Assembly (NCBI GenBank): GCA_003491635.1
Contig: DNCG01000010.1
Coordinates: 1 to 47,348 of the forward strand
Direction of reading: 5' to 3'
Length of the DNA: 47,348 nucleotides
Source: Actinomycetota bacterium
GTDB taxonomy: Bacteria > Actinomycetota > Aquicultoria > Subteraquimicrobiales > UBA9087
The translations under genes and the position numbers were made by a program. A model generated the notes under the pieces. The model did not search any database, was not told the DNA's origin, and saw nothing but the letters and a program-made list of their open reading frames with translations. Within the stretch, counting starts at the first letter, position 1. Every line of letters begins with the position of its first letter. Positions 1 through 8,937 of this stretch are shown here, piece by piece.

Positions 1-285
1 GGGGAGACCGCTCTGGTCGCCTTGGCCTTTCTTTTTGCTATCTATCATACCCGCCCAAGTCCTTTTTACATACTCGATGAAGTCGAAGCGGCTCTGGATG
101 ACGTAAATTTGCAGCGGTTCATTGACCTTTTGTACAAGTTGAGGGATGGCACTCAGTTTTTGATCATCTCTCATCAGAGACGAACCATCGAGATGGCCGA
201 TGTTCTCTATGGGGTTAGCATGCAGGCGGATGGGGTATCTAAGCTCTTTTCCCAGAAACTCAGTGAGTACCAGAGGGCGGTTTAG
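1..285 (+). CDS. smc: SMC chromosome-segregation ATPase, C-terminal head fragment (N-terminus lies upstream of the window)
   Basis: The frame is open from nt 1. The translation GETALVALAFLFAIY...PFYILDEVEAALDD...LIISHQ carries the end of the ABC signature, Walker B/D-loop and H-loop of SMC heads. It is followed by ftsY, as in the conserved smc-ftsY-ffh order. Confidence 0.85.
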   Translation, partial: GETALVALAFLFAIYHTRPSPFYILDEVEAALDDVNLQRFIDLLYKLRDGTQFLIISHQRRTIEMADVLYGVSMQADGVSKLFSQKLSEYQRAV

Positions 286-1199
286 TGCGGAAAGGTTGGT
301 TCGGGAAGCTCAAGGGAGGCTTAAGGAAGAGTCGCGAGCGTTTGTCGAGTCATCTTTTCCCTCTCCTTACTCATTTCCCCAGGTTGGATGAAGAGTTTTG
401 GGAGGGCTTGGAAGAAGCTCTAATCGAGGCGGATGTGGGTATCCGGGTGACTCAGGAACTCCTCGATAAGCTTCGCGAGGGGGCGAGGGCCCAAGAGATA
501 CGAGAATCTGCCCAACTCCTTCCCAGGCTCAAGGAAGAATTGGTCGATATCCTCACTACCGAGAAACAGTCCCTCTTTCCCGAAGGCAAGCCGGGCGTAT
601 TTCTGGTGGTGGGGGTCAACGGAACCGGTAAGACCACCACCATTGCTAAAATAGCTCATCGGGCGAAAATTGAGGGCAAGAATGTCCTTCTGGCGGCCGC
701 CGATACCCATAGGGCCGCTGCCATCGAGCAGTTGGAGATATGGGGAAAGAGGATGGGAGTTGCGACGATCAAGCATCGAAGAGGATCCGACCCAGCGGCG
801 GTGGTCTATGATGCCATCCACTCTGCTCAAGCCAGGGACGCAGACGTTCTCTTAATCGATACCGCTGGACGCCTCCACACCTGCAGCCATCTCATGGCAG
901 AACTTCAGAAGATCAAGAGAGTAGCCATGCGGGAGGCACCGGAGGCTGAAATTAAAACTCTCTTGGTGGTCGATGCCACGACTGGGCAGAATGGTCTCTC
1001 TCAGGCCAGGTTATTTGGTGAGGCCCTGGAGGTAGATGGGGTTGTTTTAACCAAGCTCGACGGGACGGCTAAAGGAGGCATCGTCGCCGCCATCCAGGAT
1101 GAGCTGAAAATTCCTGTCGTCTTAATTGGGGTGGGAGAAAAACTCGCTGATTTGCAGGAGTTTGATGCCCGAGCCTTCGTCGAGGCTTTGCTTTCTTGA
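285..1199 (+). CDS. ftsY: Signal recognition particle receptor FtsY (short NG-only form)
   Basis: GTG start overlaps the smc stop (TAGTG). SRP-GTPase motifs GVNGTGKTTT, DTAGR and TKLDGTAKGG are present. Confidence 0.93.
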   Translation: MRKGWFGKLKGGLRKSRERLSSHLFPLLTHFPRLDEEFWEGLEEALIEADVGIRVTQELLDKLREGARAQEIRESAQLLPRLKEELVDILTTEKQSLFPEGKPGVFLVVGVNGTGKTTTIAKIAHRAKIEGKNVLLAAADTHRAAAIEQLEIWGKRMGVATIKHRRGSDPAAVVYDAIHSAQARDADVLLIDTAGRLHTCSHLMAELQKIKRVAMREAPEAEIKTLLVVDATTGQNGLSQARLFGEALEVDGVVLTKLDGTAKGGIVAAIQDELKIPVVLIGVGEKLADLQEFDARAFVEALLS

Positions 1200-1239
1200 G
1201 TGGACGGGGACTAAGTCTGCAGCGAAAATCCCAAAAGGA

Positions 1240-1268
1240 TTGACACCACACGTGGCCTTCTGTAATAT
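1240..1268 (+). promoter_or_regulatory. Sigma-70-type promoter for ffh
   Basis: Perfect TTGACA (1240-1245), a 17-nt spacer and TAATAT (1263-1268). It lies 39 nt upstream of the ffh ATG in the 107-nt ftsY-ffh spacer. Confidence 0.6.
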
Positions 1269-1306
1269 GCTGATGGTCAACGGGCTGGGAGAAATCGAGG
1301 GAGTCT

Positions 1307-2698
1307 ATGTTTGATAATCTCACAGCGAGATTACAAAATGTCTTTACCAAACTGAGAAGCAGGGGGCGGTTAAGTGAGCGGGATGTGGAGGAAGCTCTGC
1401 GGGAAGTTCGCTTGGCCCTCTTGGAGGCAGATGTCAATTTTAAGGTGGTAAAGGATTTTATCGCCAAGGTGAAGGAGAGAGCCGTTGGGGAGGAGGTCCT
1501 CAAAAGCCTTACACCGGGCCAACAAGTGATCAAGATCGTTCATGATGAGCTTACGGCTCTCATGGGAAGTGGCCAAAGCAAACTTGCTTTTGCCTCCAAG
1601 CCCCCTACCGTCATCATGCTGGTTGGGCTTCAGGGTTCTGGAAAAACTACCGCCACCGCCAAATTGGCCCACTATTTCAAGAACCAGGGCAAGAGACCTT
1701 TTCTGGTGGCGGCGGACATCTACAGACCGGCGGCCATTGAACAGTTAAAAGTTTTAGGTGAAGAGATAAACATGCCCGTTTTCTCCAGGGCGGGGGAGTC
1801 CGTCCTTGCTCTGGCCAAAGAGGGAATCAAGGAGGCCATCTCCAAAAATTGTGATGTGGTCGTGGTTGATACCGCCGGGCGCTTGCATGTAGATGAGGAG
1901 ATGATGAACGAGCTTGAAGAGGTAAAAAGAGAGATTCGCCCTCACCAGGTCCTTCTTGTGGTGGATGCGATGACGGGGCAGGATGCGGTCAATGTGGCTT
2001 TCGTCTTCAAGGAGCGAGTGGATTTTGATGGGGTAATCTTAACCAAGCTTGATGGAGATGCTAGAGGGGGGGCCGCATTATCCATTAAGGCGGTCACCGG
2101 TAGACCGATAAAGCTTGTCAGCCTAGGGGAGAAGCTCGATGACCTTCAGCCCTTCCATCCCGATAGGATGTCCTCCAGGATATTGGGTATGGGCGATGTT
2201 CTTACCCTGGTCGAGAAGGCGGAGGCGGCCATAGAGATGGAAAAAGCTCAGGCACTGGAGGAAAAGATCAGAAAGGATAGTTTCGATTTGGAGGATTTCC
2301 TGGAGCAGTTGCGGCAATTCAAACGAGTGGGGCCCGCATCTCAAATCATGGAAATGCTCCCTCAAATACCGGGACTACCCAATGTTGGAAAATTGCAGGT
2401 TAATGAAGAACAGTTGGGGTGCCTTGAGGCGATCATCCAATCGATGACGCCTGAAGAAAGAAGAGACCCCACCATAATTAACGGTAGTCGTCGCTCAAGG
2501 ATTGCGCGGGGGAGCGGGACGACCTCTCACAAGGTAAATCAATTGCTAAAACAGTTTGAGCAGGCGAGGAAGTTGATGAAGCAACTCGGGAAGTTGGGTC
2601 GCCCAAAACCGGGCAGAAGGTCGTTTCCCTTCAGGGTGAACCCTTCATTGTCTAAGGAGCGAGACGATACGATTCGCAAATTTATTAGAAGGGGGTGA
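1307..2698 (+). CDS. ffh: Signal recognition particle protein Ffh
   Basis: Motifs [15 protein letters not shown] and [14 protein letters not shown], plus a Met-rich M domain (MEMLPQIPG...). A GAGGGAG RBS lies upstream of the ATG. Confidence 0.95.
   Translation: MFDNLTARLQNVFTKLRSRGRLSERDVEEALREVRLALLEADVNFKVVKDFIAKVKERAVGEEVLKSLTPGQQVIKIVHDELTALMGSGQSKLAFASKPPTVIMLVGLQGSGKTTATAKLAHYFKNQGKRPFLVAADIYRPAAIEQLKVLGEEINMPVFSRAGESVLALAKEGIKEAISKNCDVVVVDTAGRLHVDEEMMNELEEVKREIRPHQVLLVVDAMTGQDAVNVAFVFKERVDFDGVILTKLDGDARGGAALSIKAVTGRPIKLVSLGEKLDDLQPFHPDRMSSRILGMGDVLTLVEKAEAAIEMEKAQALEEKIRKDSFDLEDFLEQLRQFKRVGPASQIMEMLPQIPGLPNVGKLQVNEEQLGCLEAIIQSMTPEERRDPTIINGSRRSRIARGSGTTSHKVNQLLKQFEQARKLMKQLGKLGRPKPGRRSFPFRVNPSLSKERDDTIRKFIRRG
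2626..2647 (+). repeat. Copy 1 of the 22-nt repeat TCCCTTCAGGGTGAACCCTTCA (within the 3' end of ffh)
   Basis: 21/22 identity to 3272-3293, with unrelated flanks. Contains an AGGG-TGAA-CCCT mini hairpin. Confidence 0.6.
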
Positions 2699-2702
2699 AA
2701 GC

Positions 2703-2990
2703 TTGGCAGTTAGGATAAGGCTAAGTAGGGTCGGTGCGAAGAAGAAGCCCTCTTACAGGGTGGTAGTGGCAGATTCCAGAATGCCCAGAGATGGGAGATT
2801 CATAGAGGTAATCGGTCGATACGATCCTGGAACCGAACCCTCATTCGTGGAGATAGACAAAGAAAAGGCCCTAAAGTGGCTGTCTCAAGGTGCACAGCCT
2901 TCGGGGGCAGTGGAAAAATTACTGAAGATTGCTAATGTCCGTGAGGAATCTCGGGAGAAGAAGAGAAGCAAGGAGAAAAAGGGAAGGTAA
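2703..2990 (+). CDS. rpsP: 30S ribosomal protein S16 with Lys-rich C-terminal tail
   Basis: N-terminus [26 protein letters not shown] is typical of S16. TTG start sits 4 nt after a GGGGGTGA Shine-Dalgarno. Confidence 0.9.
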   Translation: MAVRIRLSRVGAKKKPSYRVVVADSRMPRDGRFIEVIGRYDPGTEPSFVEIDKEKALKWLSQGAQPSGAVEKLLKIANVREESREKKRSKEKKGR

Positions 2991-3007
2991 CGTGCGGGGG
3001 TGAAATT

Positions 3008-3238
3008 GTGAAGGAGTTGTTGGAAGTTCTTGCTCGAGCTCTGGTGGACAAGCCGGAGGAGGTAAAAGTGGATATAGTGGAGGGAGAAAAATCGGTGATC
3101 TTACAGCTCCATGTGGCTCCCGATGATGTGGGAAAGGTTATTGGGAAAGAGGGAAGAATTGCCAGAGCGTTAAGGACGGTCGTGAAGGCTGCCGCTGCCA
3201 AGGAAGGCAAGAGCGCCCTTGTTGAAATAATGGATTGA
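3008..3238 (+). CDS. KH domain RNA-binding protein (YlqC/UPF0109 family)
   Basis: 76 aa with the GXXG KH motif VGKVIGKEGRIARAL. GTG start follows a GGGGGTGA SD. It sits in the conserved position between rpsP and rimM. Confidence 0.85.
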   Translation: MKELLEVLARALVDKPEEVKVDIVEGEKSVILQLHVAPDDVGKVIGKEGRIARALRTVVKAAAAKEGKSALVEIMD

Positions 3239-3271
3239 AGAGAGAAGGGGGAACCGAGGCACCGATCTTGG

Positions 3272-3293
3272 TCCCTTCAGGGTGAATCCTTCA
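3272..3293 (+). repeat. Copy 2 of the 22-nt repeat TCCCTTCAGGGTGAATCCTTCA (KH gene-rimM spacer)
   Basis: 21/22 identity to 2626-2647. The single C to T change keeps pairing as G-U in the mini hairpin. Confidence 0.6.
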
Positions 3294-3312
3294 GCTTGCC
3301 CCGACTGCAATG

Positions 3313-3338
3313 GAGGGGGGTGAACCCCTCTTCTCTTT
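3313..3338 (+). terminator. Terminator-like hairpin between the KH gene and rimM
   Basis: GAGGGG (3313-3318), 6-nt loop, CCCCTC (3325-3330), then TTCTCTTT. The stem is short and the T-tract is interrupted. Confidence 0.35.
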
Positions 3339-3365
3339 GGTTAACGGCCGACTCGATGAAGATAG

Positions 3366-3887
3366 ATGAGAGAACCAAGATGCTTGACGGTGGCTAAAAT
3401 CCTTTGTCCGCGCGGTATGAAGGGTGAGGTTCAGATCAACAGCCTTACGGATTTTCCCACCCGGTTTAAACCGGGGACTACTTTTGTTCTTTACCCACCC
3501 CTTCCTCACGTACGATGGCTAACCATAGAAGACGCCAAATTCCGCGGCGATAAGATAAACCTCAAGTTCAAGGAGATAAATGACCGTGGCGATGCTGAGA
3601 AGCTAAGAGGTCACCTGCTTGAGATCCCCATCGAAAAGGCGGAACCTTTACCCAGGGGCTCTTACTGGTTTCACCAAATAATCGGATTGGAGGTCGTCAC
3701 CACGGAAGGGAAGTCGCTGGGGAGAGTGGTTGAAATCTTAAGGACTGGAGCCAACGATGTCTACGTGGTTAGGCCCCTCGGGAGAGGCAAGGAGATATTG
3801 ATCCCAGCCATCAAGGAAGTGGTCGAGGAGATCGATCTTAGAACTGGTAGGATAATGATTAAGGTCATTCAGGGATTGATGGAGTGA
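3366..3887 (+). CDS. rimM: 16S rRNA processing protein RimM
   Basis: N-terminus VAKILCPRGMKGEVQINSLTDFPTRF matches the RimM signature (GxKGExxV...TDFPERF), and a PRC-barrel-like C-terminus is present. Synteny rpsP-KH-rimM-trmD supports the call. Confidence 0.88.
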   Translation: MREPRCLTVAKILCPRGMKGEVQINSLTDFPTRFKPGTTFVLYPPLPHVRWLTIEDAKFRGDKINLKFKEINDRGDAEKLRGHLLEIPIEKAEPLPRGSYWFHQIIGLEVVTTEGKSLGRVVEILRTGANDVYVVRPLGRGKEILIPAIKEVVEEIDLRTGRIMIKVIQGLME

Positions 3888-3909
3888 TTAACTACTGGAA
3901 GTGACTGCT

Positions 3910-4656
3910 ATGAAAATTGACATAATTACAATTTTCCCCAAGATGTTTGCAGGCCCTTTTGCGGAAGGGATGATAAGAATCGCCCAGGAAAAGGGTCTGG
4001 TTGAAATAGGTGTTCACGATTTGAGAGATTTTACCTATGATAAACATCGCCAGGTCGATGATCTTCCCTACGGCGGAGGAGCGGGGATGGTGATGAAGCC
4101 CGAGCCCTTCTTTGAAGCGGTGGAGAAGATTGCCGGACACGGCTTCGAGGAGGTCAAAAAGATTGCGCGGGTGATTCTGTTTACCCCTCAAGGCCATACT
4201 CTGAACCAAAGATTGGTGGAGAAGTTTTCGCAAGAGAAGCATCTAATTCTTCTATGTGGGAGGTACGAGGGGGTTGATGAGAGGGTTCGAGGGCATCTGG
4301 CGACCGACGAGATATCTGTGGGTGATTATGTTCTCAGTGGTGGAGAGCTACCCGCCATGGTTCTCGTCGACGCCGTGGCGCGTCTTATCCCTGGGGTATT
4401 GGGTGCGGAAGAGTCCTTGGCGGAGGAGACCTTTACGCGGGGTTTGCTGGAATATCCGCACTATACTCGCCCCACCAGATATCGAGGCTGGTCGGTTCCG
4501 GAGATCCTTTTAAGCGGAAATCATGCCGAGATTGAAAAGTGGCGGAGGCGTGCTTCCCTGGAGAGAACTCTTTTAAAGCGTCCCGATCTTCTTCAAGAGA
4601 CGGCATTGAGTGAGGAGGAAAGGGAGATGCTCGGGGAACTGAAGATGCGCCAATAA
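3910..4656 (+). CDS. trmD: tRNA (guanine37-N1)-methyltransferase TrmD
   Basis: [13 protein letters not shown]..., YGGGAGMVM and [10 protein letters not shown] are TrmD hallmarks. I prefer the ATG at 3910 over the in-frame GTG at 3901. Confidence 0.92.
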   Translation: MKIDIITIFPKMFAGPFAEGMIRIAQEKGLVEIGVHDLRDFTYDKHRQVDDLPYGGGAGMVMKPEPFFEAVEKIAGHGFEEVKKIARVILFTPQGHTLNQRLVEKFSQEKHLILLCGRYEGVDERVRGHLATDEISVGDYVLSGGELPAMVLVDAVARLIPGVLGAEESLAEETFTRGLLEYPHYTRPTRYRGWSVPEILLSGNHAEIEKWRRRASLERTLLKRPDLLQETALSEEEREMLGELKMRQ

Positions 4657-4660
4657 CTGC

Positions 4661-4689
4661 TTTCTCTTACCAGGGGTGTGTGCTATAAT
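4661..4689 (+). promoter_or_regulatory. Extended -10 promoter upstream of rplS
   Basis: TGCTATAAT at 4681-4689 (TGn plus perfect TATAAT). Weak -35 TTTCTC 17 nt upstream. It lies 33 nt before the rplS ATG. Confidence 0.45.
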
Positions 4690-4721
4690 TTTTCTTTGTT
4701 TTGGTTGGGGAGGGAGGCTTT

Positions 4722-5078
4722 ATGCATAGCGTAGATATCATGGGAGAACAGCAGATGCGCGATGATTTGCCCGAGCTTCATGTTGGCGATACCGTGCGCG
4801 TTCACTTCAAAGTGGTGGAAGCCGGTAGAGAAAGGGTGCAGGTGTTTCAAGGAATCGTGTTGAAAAAGGGAGGAAGTGGGGCAAAGGAGACCTTCACCGC
4901 CAGGAAAATTTCCTTCGGCGTGGGTGTGGAAAAAACTTTCCCCTTGCATTCCCCGAAGATTGTCAAGATCGACGTTAAGAGGAAGGGCAAGGTGCGCCGG
5001 TCAAAGCTTTATTATCTGCGGGAGAAGATTGGAAAAAAAGCATATGTTAAAGAGAAGCGCACCGAACGTACCAACTAA
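4722..5078 (+). CDS. rplS: 50S ribosomal protein L19
   Basis: ...[34 protein letters not shown] is typical of L19. The ATG at 4722 is preceded by GGGGAGGGAGG. The ORF track begins at an upstream TTG (4701). Confidence 0.9.
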   Translation: MHSVDIMGEQQMRDDLPELHVGDTVRVHFKVVEAGRERVQVFQGIVLKKGGSGAKETFTARKISFGVGVEKTFPLHSPKIVKIDVKRKGKVRRSKLYYLREKIGKKAYVKEKRTERTN

Positions 5079-5124
5079 GATTGCTGAATTTATCTGTCGA
5101 GAGAAATAGAAGGCGGAAAAAATA

Positions 5125-5673
5125 GTGGAGGAACAAGGCGAGCAGCGTAAGGAGTTAACCGGCTCCCTTCTGGCATTTTTGAGAGATCTGCCTCTTTTAA
5201 TCATCGCTGCCTTCATTCTGGCCTGGCTTCTCAAGACTTTCATCGTCCAGATGTTCTGGATTCCCTCCCCATCCATGGAACCCACTCTTTACACGGGCGA
5301 TCGCATATTCGTCAACAAATTCATCTACCGTTTTCAGGATCCAAGGCCTGGGGATATCGTGGTCTTTATTTCCCCCTTCGATTCTTCCAAAGATTTCATC
5401 AAGAGGATGATTGCAACAGAGGGAGAGACCATTGAGATAAAGAGTGGCCGAGTTTTTATCGATGACAAGGAACTCATCGAGCCCTATGTGAAGCAGGGTG
5501 ATCTCAGCAACTATGGCCCTGTGGAGGTCCCCTCCGGTCACGTCTTTCTGATGGGTGACAATAGACCGAACAGTTACGATAGCCGCTTTTGGGGCCCGCT
5601 TCCAGAAGAAAGTGTAATCGGTAAGGCCTTTATGACTTATTGGCCCCCAAAGCGGATTGGGTTGCTTCGCTGA
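5125..5673 (+). CDS. lepB: Signal peptidase I
   Basis: N-terminal TM helix, catalytic Ser box SPSMEPTL, Lys box KRMIA and GDNRPNSYDSRFWG. Confidence 0.92.
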   Translation: MEEQGEQRKELTGSLLAFLRDLPLLIIAAFILAWLLKTFIVQMFWIPSPSMEPTLYTGDRIFVNKFIYRFQDPRPGDIVVFISPFDSSKDFIKRMIATEGETIEIKSGRVFIDDKELIEPYVKQGDLSNYGPVEVPSGHVFLMGDNRPNSYDSRFWGPLPEESVIGKAFMTYWPPKRIGLLR

Positions 5674-5687
5674 CTCCACTATAAGCC

Positions 5688-6407
5688 ATGGAAAAAAGGG
5701 CTGCTCCATTAAGGTTAACCGATCGATCTGTGGATTCTCCCCCCAAGATGGTGAAGGATTTCTTGGGCATAAACTCCTTTGAGAACAAGCTTCGACGACG
5801 GGGATTTTCCCTTATTGCCGGCGCTGATGAGTCCGGGAGAGGCGCTCTGGCCGGCCCCTTAGTGGCGGCGGCGGTTATCTTACCGCCAAGGGGTGTCTAT
5901 GTTCCCAACTTGAGGGAATGCAAGAAAGTCTCACCATCTTCTAGAGAGGAACTGTATGAGTTGGTAACCGCTCTGGCCGTTGGCTGGAGTGTGGTGATAT
6001 TAGAGTCCGCGGTGGTCGATTCCCTGGGTCTTCAAAAGACCAATCTCCAAGCTCTGGAACAGGCTGTTCAGCAACTCCCCGTGCGACCGGATTATATTTT
6101 GTCCGATGGCTTTCCCTTGCCCGAGCTTGACTTACCTCACCTGGCATTAATAAAGGGAGATGCGGTGAGCGCCACAATAGCGGCGGCCTCAATCGTAAGC
6201 AAGGTCACGAGAGACAGACTGATGAGAGATTGGCATGAGAGACACCCGAACTATGGATTTGATCGGAACAAGGGCTATGGAACCAAGGAGCATCTCAAGG
6301 CTTTGGAGAAATATGGGCCGTGTCCAATTCACAGGAGATGCTTTGCCCCTGTGGTGAAGAGAGCAAGAAAAAGAACAGGACGAAAGGAAGCCCATGTCCC
6401 TAGGTGA
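5688..6407 (+). CDS. rnhB: Ribonuclease HII (with ~40 aa N-terminal extension; start uncertain)
   Basis: IAGADESGRGALAGPLVAAAV, KGDAVSATIAAASIVSKVTRD and GYGT motifs. No clear SD before 5688, and an alternative ATG exists at 5748. Confidence 0.85.
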   Translation: MEKRAAPLRLTDRSVDSPPKMVKDFLGINSFENKLRRRGFSLIAGADESGRGALAGPLVAAAVILPPRGVYVPNLRECKKVSPSSREELYELVTALAVGWSVVILESAVVDSLGLQKTNLQALEQAVQQLPVRPDYILSDGFPLPELDLPHLALIKGDAVSATIAAASIVSKVTRDRLMRDWHERHPNYGFDRNKGYGTKEHLKALEKYGPCPIHRRCFAPVVKRARKRTGRKEAHVPR

Positions 6408-6735
6408 TTCGGGGGAAGGATTGGCCTGTTCCCATCTTCGAAAAAAAGGGTATAGGATCATCGATAGAAACTATCGATGTCGACTGGGGGAAATCGATAT
6501 CATTGCTCGAAAGGGCGATACCCTGGTCTTCTGTGAGGTGAAAACTCGTCTAAACAAGGAGTTTGGCGAGCCATTCGAGGCTGTTACCTTAGGCAAGCAG
6601 AATCGATTGAGAAGATTGGCCCAGTCCTACCTCGTGTCTCATTCCAACGACGCTTCCAATCTTAGATTCGATGTTCTCTCCATACTTCTTGCCGACGGGA
6701 AGCCGAAGATTCTTCACATCGAGAACGCGTTTTAG
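6394..6735 (+). CDS. yraN: YraN-family (UPF0102) endonuclease-like protein
   Basis: GEGLACSHLRKKGYRIIDRNYRCRLGEIDIIA...FCEVKTR matches the UPF0102 pattern. It overlaps the rnhB end by 14 nt. Confidence 0.85.
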   Translation: MSLGDSGEGLACSHLRKKGYRIIDRNYRCRLGEIDIIARKGDTLVFCEVKTRLNKEFGEPFEAVTLGKQNRLRRLAQSYLVSHSNDASNLRFDVLSILLADGKPKILHIENAF

Positions 6736-6902
6736 TTCCCACCCGATTCCGACTTGCCCGCCTGAGGCGGACTTGCCCAGCAAGGATAAGTCGCGGAAGG
6801 AGTTTTTTGTTAAGTCGTCGAAGTGATATAAGAAGTAAATGGCAGGGTTTGCAGCAAGGTTAAAAGCTCGCCCGCTGCAGTGGCACCAAAAGGAGATCGC
6901 AG

Positions 6903-8477
6903 TTGCTGGCAAGGATTGAAAGCGGTTCAGCGCTGGGCATGGAGGCCCTCAAGGTGGAGGTGGAGGTCGATATCTCCCCCGGTCTACCCACGTTTAATAT
7001 CGTGGGGCTCCCCGACACAGCCATCCAGGAATCCAAAGAAAGAGTCCGAGCTGGGATTTCCAATTCGGAGTATAAGTTCCCCTTAAGGAGAATCACCGTC
7101 AATTTGGCCCCCGCCGATGTTCGCAAGGAGGGGCCCGCCTTCGATCTACCCATCGCCGTGGGCGTGCTCATTGCCACTAATCAGATCTCTTCAACCAGGG
7201 TGAATCAGTACTCCGTCTTTGGCGAGCTCTCCCTGACTGGTGAGGTTAGAAGGATTAGTGGGGCTTTGCTTATGGCTTTTTGTGCCAAAGAGGGAGACAA
7301 AAAGGGGGTTATTTTGCCGGCGGGAAATGCTGCAGAAGCCGCCCTGGTGGAGGGTCTTGAGATCATCCCCGTAACCACGCTCAGAGAGGTGGTTGACTTT
7401 TTGAACGAAACCAAGAGCATCTCACCTCTTACCGGGAAATCTCGGAAAGAGTTTGCCTCCTCTTTCGCTCTCTCCGAGTATGAGGTGGACTTCTCTGAAG
7501 TCAAAGGTCAGGATCACGCCAAGAGAGCCCTTGAGGTCGCAGCCGCCGGTGGACACAATGTCCTGATGATTGGGCCTCCCGGCTCCGGCAAAACCATGCT
7601 AGCGAAAAGGATGCCCACCATATTGCCCACCCTGAACATAGAGGAGGCGATTGAGGTCACTAAAGTATACAGCGTGGCTGGGATGCTCCCACCCGATACT
7701 TCTCTTATTTCCGCTAGACCGTTTAGGGCACCGCATCACACCATCTCTAATGCCGGACTGGTTGGAGGAGGACAGTATCCTCGTCCCGGAGAGATATCCC
7801 TCGCTCACAACGGCATACTTTTCTTGGACGAATTTCCAGAATTTCAAAAGAGCGCTCTCCAGGTCCTTCGCCAGCCCCTGGAAGATGGTCATGTCACCAT
7901 CTCTCGTGCCCTGACTTCGCTGACTTATCCAGCCCAATTCACTCTGGTGGCAGCCATGAATTCATGCCCATGTGGCTATTTGGGTGACTCGGTTAAAGAA
8001 TGTGTCTGTACACTCGGCAAGATTCAACAATATCAAGGGAAGATTTCCGGCCCACTTTTAGACAGGATAGACATTCACATAGAGATTCCTCGCTTGACCA
8101 AGGACGAGCTGACGCGCTCCGCCTTTGGTGAGACCTCTAACATCATAAGGGAACGGGTTCAACAAGCCAGGGAACATCAGCGAGAGAGATTTGCTTGTCT
8201 GCAGGCAAGGACCAAAAGCAAGCAACCTCGTCGTGGTATTTCCTGTAATGCCCTGATGAGATCCAGGCACCTAAGGAAGTTTTGTGAACTCTCTGATCCG
8301 GCCCTTCGCTTCCTTGAGAATGCTATCGAGAAACTTGGTTTAAGCGCAAGGGCCTATGATAGGGTTTTAAAAGTGTCCAGGACCATTGCCGATTTGGCTG
8401 GCAGTGAGGAGATCAAGCTCGAACACATTGCTGAGGCAATTCAATACAGGAGTCTGGACAGGCGAAGTTTTGTATGA
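6903..8477 (+). CDS. comM: YifB/ComM family Mg-chelatase-like AAA+ ATPase
   Basis: N-terminal Lon-protease-like fold (ALGMEALKVEVEVD), Walker A GPPGSGKTMLA and Walker B ILFLDEFPEF. TTG start is preceded by AAGGAGA. Confidence 0.9.
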   Translation: MLARIESGSALGMEALKVEVEVDISPGLPTFNIVGLPDTAIQESKERVRAGISNSEYKFPLRRITVNLAPADVRKEGPAFDLPIAVGVLIATNQISSTRVNQYSVFGELSLTGEVRRISGALLMAFCAKEGDKKGVILPAGNAAEAALVEGLEIIPVTTLREVVDFLNETKSISPLTGKSRKEFASSFALSEYEVDFSEVKGQDHAKRALEVAAAGGHNVLMIGPPGSGKTMLAKRMPTILPTLNIEEAIEVTKVYSVAGMLPPDTSLISARPFRAPHHTISNAGLVGGGQYPRPGEISLAHNGILFLDEFPEFQKSALQVLRQPLEDGHVTISRALTSLTYPAQFTLVAAMNSCPCGYLGDSVKECVCTLGKIQQYQGKISGPLLDRIDIHIEIPRLTKDELTRSAFGETSNIIRERVQQAREHQRERFACLQARTKSKQPRRGISCNALMRSRHLRKFCELSDPALRFLENAIEKLGLSARAYDRVLKVSRTIADLAGSEEIKLEHIAEAIQYRSLDRRSFV

Positions 8478-8496
8478 GGCACTGTCTGTTTCTCGT

Positions 8497-8865
8497 CTAT
8501 TTCCCCGGATACAGGAGTATAAAAACCAGGCCGAACAGGGCAAAGGTGGCAAAGAACAACCAGCTAATTGGGGGCATCAATCCCCGCAACAGGTTGTAAA
8601 GGAAACTCATGGCCAGGAAGGTGTTGAGGAATATTTCCATCTCGCAGATTCCGACGTGTACTCGAGGATCCATCTGGGCGACGAATGAGCTTATACCTAT
8701 GGCTACGGCGACCGCACCGAGCGTCATTACCATTGGTTCGTTCAACGGCTGCCACTCTAATATCAGCGACCACATCTTTGGGAAGATAAACATGGGCAAG
8801 CCGGCTATGAAGGAAAAGAGGCCGTGGATTATGAGGGTGATCTTCAACGCCCCCAATTTGCTCAT
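8497..8865 (-). CDS. Small hypothetical integral membrane protein (about 4 TM helices)
   Basis: This is the only plausible coding frame across 8.50-8.87 kb. The product is very hydrophobic (LKITLIIHGLFSFIAGLPMFIF...LFFATFALFGLVFILLY). The ATG at 8865 has an AGGGAG SD 8 nt upstream. The ORF track begins at a GTG at 8874. Confidence 0.5.
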   Translation of the reverse strand: MSKLGALKITLIIHGLFSFIAGLPMFIFPKMWSLILEWQPLNEPMVMTLGAVAVAIGISSFVAQMDPRVHVGICEMEIFLNTFLAMSFLYNLLRGLMPPISWLFFATFALFGLVFILLYPGK

Positions 8866-8937
8866 CTCAATCACTCCCTGGATATTTCTTTAGAGTATTC
8901 GACACGGTGACGGGGCTTCCTTCTTGAGGAGGAAAAT

